Shown one piece after another: positions 58,201 to 64,000 of a stretch of 64,000 bases of DNA. The position numbers and the translations under genes are program-made. Numbering within the stretch: the first letter of the stretch is position 1; the number at the start of each line of letters is the position of its first letter. Origin of the DNA: Azolla caroliniana (Eukaryota; Plantae; Polypodiophyta); contig JBHGNT010000001.1 in NCBI GenBank assembly GCA_043228905.1, positions 25,420,001 to 25,484,000 on the forward strand, given 5' to 3'. The notes below the pieces were generated by a model that ran no database searches, was not told the DNA's origin, and saw only the letters and a program-made list of their open reading frames with translations.

Positions 58201-59541
58201 GAACAAAAGGAGAAAGTAGAAGCTGGATGAGCTCTCTATGTCACCCTTAAATATAGTCAAAGAACATTCCCAAGTCATTAATTTAGTAGTAATGCACATG
58301 GTTTGAAGCATTAATAAGAGTATATATAATGCATGAAAAAGTCATTGATCAAGTATGAAGTGAAGAACTTCTCATGAAGTGTAAGTTTTGGATCATCAAA
58401 TGAATAATGTGCACTCCACGGACCTGTTGTATCCATATGCCTTACTATTAAGAAACAATATTTGAAACATTAATTGTAAATTTGGAAAGATAACAAAAGG
58501 TACTATTCAAGCTGAAATTTAGAACAGGTTTAAATTTGAGATGTCCACTTAGGTTCTCATGGGGGCCTCACGTGATAACAGACTGAGTGAGGTCCTAGGG
58601 ATTGTCAAGATGAGATTGAATAAAGCGAAGATTTAGACACAAAGAAAAACAAAACCTGCACAAACTGAGCCAAAAATTCCAAAAACTGACCAACATGCAC
58701 ATATAGACCAAGCATATGAAATAACCACACTTCCCAAACAACTGCCACCAAGAAATTAAAAAACTTGACAGTTTCAAAAGTAGACTTGATGTTTGCACAA
58801 GTACTACACATGATTCACTTCAACACTCTTTAGTTATTTTGAAAATCAGTATACAAGGTATTAATTAAAGGAGGCTTACCAACTCAGAAGATTGTTTACG
58901 AAAAAACATGTACACAAAGGGTATCCTCTTCAATATATAGATATGTATCTGAAAAGAATGTTCTCCATTGTTATTTAAGAATCGCTAATATTATAGACAT
59001 TTTTATATATTCAGCAATAATATTAGCACCATGCGTCGAGGATGAAAATTAATTAAAGGGAGTATGTATTTGCAAATGTTTACAGTCTGAAAAATGTGAA
59101 AGGCCAAAATGTCACCAAAAAGAACCGTTGGAACACAATTGTCAATATTTTCTCCTCGTTAATGGTAGTTGAAATTTCTCATGTCAAAATCCTTATGATT
59201 GTGCACTATAGTATTCAACAATTTTTCAGGGGGGGGGGGGGAGGGGGGGGACTTTCCAACTTAATGTAGCACACAAGAATCCATGGTCACTTGACACATT
59301 ACCAACCACCACACATGCAATGTCACTGTCCAATATCTAGAGCATAGCACAGTCTCAATGGTTCCTCACACACCCCATCCCTGACAATGGCAGCTGCATT
59401 GGCATTTGTGATTTCGATAATTAAAAAACCTATTTTCCACCAATATCAGAAAATTAGAGCATTTGTGATAATGAAATAGAATTAAAAAAAAAATTGCATT
59501 CAATTATCTACAAGTTCCCAAATTCTGTTATTGAAGGTACA

Positions 59542-62500
59542 CTATCTATCTACCTTGATTTCCACAAGGTTTAATATTGTTTTTGCTGCCATAAAACTCG
59601 GTTTGATCAGATGACCCATGTCATCATGTCCAACCTTCGGGGATAGCATTGGTAAGACTTTATGGGCTGCTAAAATTTGCTTCTCTTGCAAAATTTTGTT
59701 CTCAATGGTATCCCTGAAAAGAAGGAGATAGGACATATCCTAAGATAATAACAGAATGTGAAAATCAGAAACTTCTATAGATTCTCCCATACCTTAACAT
59801 TTCTGCAAGATATGATGGCCTACATTTAGAAAACAGTGCTTCGGGTATCACTGGAGAGTTCAGAAGGATATTGGGTAGTGACATATATTCAAGTTGCGTT
59901 GCATATTGGATAAGCCATTCAGTCACAATATTTGCACGATAAGCAACAACACAGGGCAATCGAGCTAGTTGCATCTGAAGTACTGCAGTCCCAGATGTAC
60001 ACAATCCAACAGTGCTTGCCTGCATGCCACCATAATGTTACTGAAACTATTATGTTGCAAATGCCTCTCTATTTACATTATATCACTACACCCTTGCTCA
60101 ACCCTGAAAGAGAGAAAAGGGGATGAATTGATGACGTAATAGCTTAAATAGAGCATATAAATGCATTTTCGGAGGTTTCATAAGGAAATTTGGGGAAATA
60201 ATGAAAACTCGGGGGCATTCTGCAAAAAATGAGCAAAATATTACTTGGGTATTTCTGAGCATTCCCCTATTTTATTTATATACATCAACTTCTAGATACT
60301 AAAGGTTAGTTATATACATTGAACGCTTCATATTTTTCTTTCAAAGATGCTCCTGGCAGCAATACAACAGGAACATTCCACTTGTTGATGTTACTCTCCA
60401 CTGCCTTTATAAGATCACTACTGAATGTAGTTGGAATGATTACTGTAAGATCTGGTTTGTTCTCCTGCAGAATCTCTACTGCTTCTTTATAGATTGGCAT
60501 CATTCTTCTCACTTCTTGCAATCGACTCCCAGGAAGCAAACTCATCAATGTGCTACCTAACATGATTTAATCCCTTTAAATCAACTGGGAAAATTGAAAC
60601 AGCTTGCTGAGCTAAACAATCGCATACATAAATAGCATTTGACTGAGCAAATGCAACAATGACCTCCTTAGAGCTGAAGGTGTCTGTAGTATTGAGTACA
60701 AATACACAATATATAGTTTCCACACATGAGTTGAATAATGAAAACAGATTTTATAGTGAAAACGTCTCATTATGCCTTGCACAAAGAAGGCTATGCAGGA
60801 TAGAGGTATAGTAAAAACTTCTCATTGTGTCTTGCACAAAGAAGGCTATGCAGGATAGAGGTATAGTAAAAACTTCTCATTGTATCTTGCACAAAGAAAT
60901 CCAATAATGACCTCCTTACAGGTAAAGGTGTCTGAACTAAGAGTACAAATACACAATATATGGTTTCCACAAATGACTTGGATAATGAAAACAGATTTTA
61001 TAGTAAAAACTTCTCATTGTGTCTTGCACAAAGAAAGCCAAGCAAAACTGTGCAATCCGTCTCCGTCTTATCTCTGTAGCCATAGAGTATTTGGAGTGGT
61101 TTGACTCACCATGACGTGATCCATTTTTTAAATGTGTATTAGATATGAATATCGAAATCAGTTATGTTCACAATTAGTGTTAATCTATCCACACTAGTTT
61201 CTGCTTCAAAAGCTAAGACCAAGTTATAGCATACAATATCCATAATACAGGAAATGCTAGCATATTCTGCATCATTTTCTTGAAGTCGTGCTGTCCCAAT
61301 GACGGACATTTTATGCTACAAACTATGCTGTACGTTTCAATATCATAGAGTTGTTTTTTGTTGCAACTCTATCCTGATTCCTATGAATCAGCATATTTCC
61401 TTTTAATATCCAAATATAAAATGAATTCTATGTCATCAAGTCTTTGATGAATAGCATTCCATAGCCTATGATGGAAACTTCAAGAGCCTTTGGCAGCCTT
61501 CATTGGTCGTTTCTAATGAGGATATAACTTGGTATTAGGATTCATTATTGGATATCCCTTGTGCCTATTGCATGAGACAATCTCCTTCACAGGAGCTTAA
61601 GTCGTATTTTCAGTATATTATTGATTCTTTACTTTTTCATGTGCTTTATAACCAGGATTTAGAAATAGAGACTTCTTAATTGTAGACAATCAAGCCTTCA
61701 AACCTTTAAATGGAAAAACTTGACTGAGCATTGAATTAATACCTCTACATAAATCATGTTTCGAGAAGAACTCATTATCCACTCCTTTTATATGCCAGTT
61801 TGATGTCCAAGTGGTGGATTCCTGTATATTGGAGAAACCATTAGACATTGACAAGTAGAAACTGTCTACTGACAAAGGTCCCAAGATAACAAGTAGAAAC
61901 ACTACTTCTTATAGAATATGCACAAACATTTCATGCTGAGAAATTCCAAGTACTGTGTTTCATGGTGTATCACTTCTTCCATTTAATCATAATCCTAAAT
62001 TTTTATTTGGGCATCAAGCAGTTGAGTTGGTAAAAATGATCTATGTCTATGTATAAAGCTCTTTCCATGCTGAAACCTTGAATCCCACAGAATAAGTGTG
62101 CAAAACATGTTTAGAACCTCATTAACGTTGTTCCATTTAATTCAGATGCATGTATGTAGTTTGAATGATAATGCCGTACATATGGCAATGTTTGGCCAGG
62201 CAGATCTCCAATCACTACATGAAGAATCATTGTCTTTGTTAAGTGATAATGGTTTATAATTCACATTTCCTCGCCAGACCTTCATGTCAATCCTTGTCAA
62301 AGATTGGTGCAGTTGGATTTCTTCCATAGAATAGAAAGGGAATAGGCTTACGGCTGCCTAGTTAGAGCATAGCCTGCAGAGGTTGGAGCAGTTGGACTTC
62401 TTCCATAGAATAGAAATGGAATAGGCTTATGACTGCCTAGTTAGTGCTTATCCTGCATAGTTCCAAGGAATGGTTATTTCCCCCCTCAAATTGTGTAACC

Positions 62501-63998
62501 CATTTTTGCTCTTTTTCCTAGAAATAAACGGTGTTTGTATTATATTTCTATATTTTACTAATATGAAAACATGTGCTTTCTATTTCTTCACTTTTGGAAA
62601 ACTCAAACGCATTCCTTTTCTTCCCCTCATTCCTAATTTATTCATAACTATCGGCTTGCCAGTTTGAACTACAATCTACACTTTTTAAAGACTGAATCTC
62701 ACATATGGAGCCACATCTGGTAACCGTGAATCACATCAACAGGGAGAAGGTGAAGGAAGTATATGTTATTCCCTTCCAAGAAGATTAAAATTTATACAGT
62801 GTTCTACAAGACTTGACAGACTCATACCATGATGTCATTTCTCACATTACAACAGCGTTGAGATTGTCATTACGAGAATCGAGTGTTTTTATACCTTGAG
62901 AGCGGCTCCTCATCTTTGTCACCCGAGTTCGAGATTACGGCCATATTTGTTTTAGCTCCAATACTGCATTTGCTCTTCTAACCTAAGTGGCCTATGCTAC
63001 CTAGGATAGTCCCATGACTGATTTTTATATGGTTTGCTAGTGAGATATATGCATATGAATATAAATCTATGTACACATTCTGCACATCATGATGACTGCA
63101 TTGAAACTGCCACTACAAGTCCTGAGCGTTATTGCACCCAGAGAGAGACCCCTTATCTTCATCATCAGACTTTACGTCCACATGCTTAATGTACAGTGTA
63201 GACTGGATGGCTATGGCATATCTACTCAAATCATCAATGCTCTCATGTAGACGACTTTTAAAATTGCAACCATGGATAAAAATAAAATGTAATGCCACTG
63301 TTGCCTAATTAGTAAGTTTACTTTGTGAATATTATAAATTGCTTTCATTACTGGATAGCTAAAACTGATCAATGGCTTACCAAAGGATCAAAAAAGGCAT
63401 CTTCAAGAACAGGGTGTCCCACAAATGTTGCTGATAGACCATTGGCTCTGCAAATTATCTCCTCAAAAGGAAGGATACAAAGCATGTGGTCAACAACATC
63501 AATCCACTTTTTTAACCTTTTTTCCCCTTCCTTCCATGCCCACACTGATGGAGCAACATAAAGAACATTCAAAGGTGACCTCCGCTGAAGCTTGATACAG
63601 TTTTCTAAAAGCAAGAAGACATCTATCATCAGCTCCTGCAAACTCAATATGCATACATCAGAAAAATGACAAGATCCTGAATTTTGCGCTATTCCTCCGT
63701 AACTTTATTTTCTTGTTACCTTTCAACTGTTTGAGTACACGGAAAGAAAATCCTTTTGAATCAACAGCAATAACAATATGAGGCTGGAAAGCTAAAGCTG
63801 CCATCACTGTTTGATGTAAGCGTGCCTGTACCATATGGCCTACTATAATTAGGCATCTGTATAAAATTTAGCACAGAAACTAGATTTGGTAATAATACCT
63901 TCAATCTGAATATGTAAGGAAACAGCTCTATTGCACCCATAACTGCAAGATCATCCATCAAAAACTCGGATACAAGCCCCTGTTTTTCCATTAAAGCG
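59542..63998 (-). CDS. LPXB: Lipid-A-disaccharide synthase, 3' seven exons (63899-63998, 63720-63825, 63381-63604, 61743-61821, 60318-60556, 59793-60019, 59542-59713); 5' end outside window
   Basis: Motifs DLAVMG, VDSKGFSFR, YVAPSVWAWK, LCILPFE, FVGHP, LLPGSRLQEV, TSGTAVLQ..LPCVVAY, SLPNILL; GT-AG boundaries with consistent phases. Confidence 0.93.
60658..61037. repeat. Nested local duplications in an LpxB intron (~130-bp direct repeat with ~55-bp tandem units between)
   Basis: aatgacctcctta..cttgcacaaagaa at ~60658 and ~60906; tatagtaaaaacttctcattgt..gcacaaagaa repeated at ~55-bp period. Confidence 0.85.
62308..62460. repeat. Two-copy ~79-bp tandem duplication in an LpxB intron
   Basis: gcagttgga(t/c)ttcttccatagaatagaaa..ctgcctagttag..cctgca occurs twice. 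Confidence 0.85.
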
Positions 63999-64000
63999 CT

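Noticed and set aside
52400-59200. Short AT-rich ORFs in the intergenic region
   Set aside because: No recognisable domains apart from the LINE fragment; probably decayed repeats or chance ORFs.
59228-59250. Poly-G run downstream of LpxB as a functional G-quadruplex
   Set aside because: Isolated homopolymer with no supporting context and prone to sequencing error.
59542-64000. LpxB as bacterial contamination or recent horizontal transfer
   Set aside because: It has spliceosomal introns, and nuclear Lpx genes are established in land plants.

Overview
Land-plant nuclear DNA; a large-genome non-seed plant such as a fern is plausible but only inferred. Bases 1-39,544 are a nest of LTR retrotransposons up to five levels deep, resolved by LTR pairs and target-site duplications (TSDs). 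An outer chromoviral Ty3/gypsy (Gypsy-0) holds Copia-A (107-32226). Copia-A holds a second copy of the chromovirus (Gypsy-B, 714-14844) and Copia-D (16960-29298). Gypsy-B holds Gypsy-C (4876-12121), which holds an inverted solo LTR. Copia-D holds the intact, young Gypsy-F (20050-27223). An intact Copia-E (33737-39195) sits in the Gypsy-0 LTR. The most unusual system is the Gypsy-C/F lineage: tRNA-Trp primer site, 4-bp CG-centred TSDs, a D-H-G protease motif, and a gag-protease ORF joined to RT-RH-IN by a conserved GGATTTT slippery site plus predicted H-type pseudoknot (-1 frameshift). The C-type LTRs also carry a tRNA-like A/B-box module. The chromovirus has TG..TA LTR ends and a five-unit, ~56-bp-period hairpin array in its leader. 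Four deletion junctions carry templated fillers. The right 25 kb is genic: a hAT-like MITE, a NILR1-like LRR receptor with a degenerate kinase, two tandem non-catalytic aspartic-protease-fold (XEGIP/EDGP-like) genes, a LINE fragment, and the 3' seven exons of LpxB. All coordinates and comparisons were made by eye.
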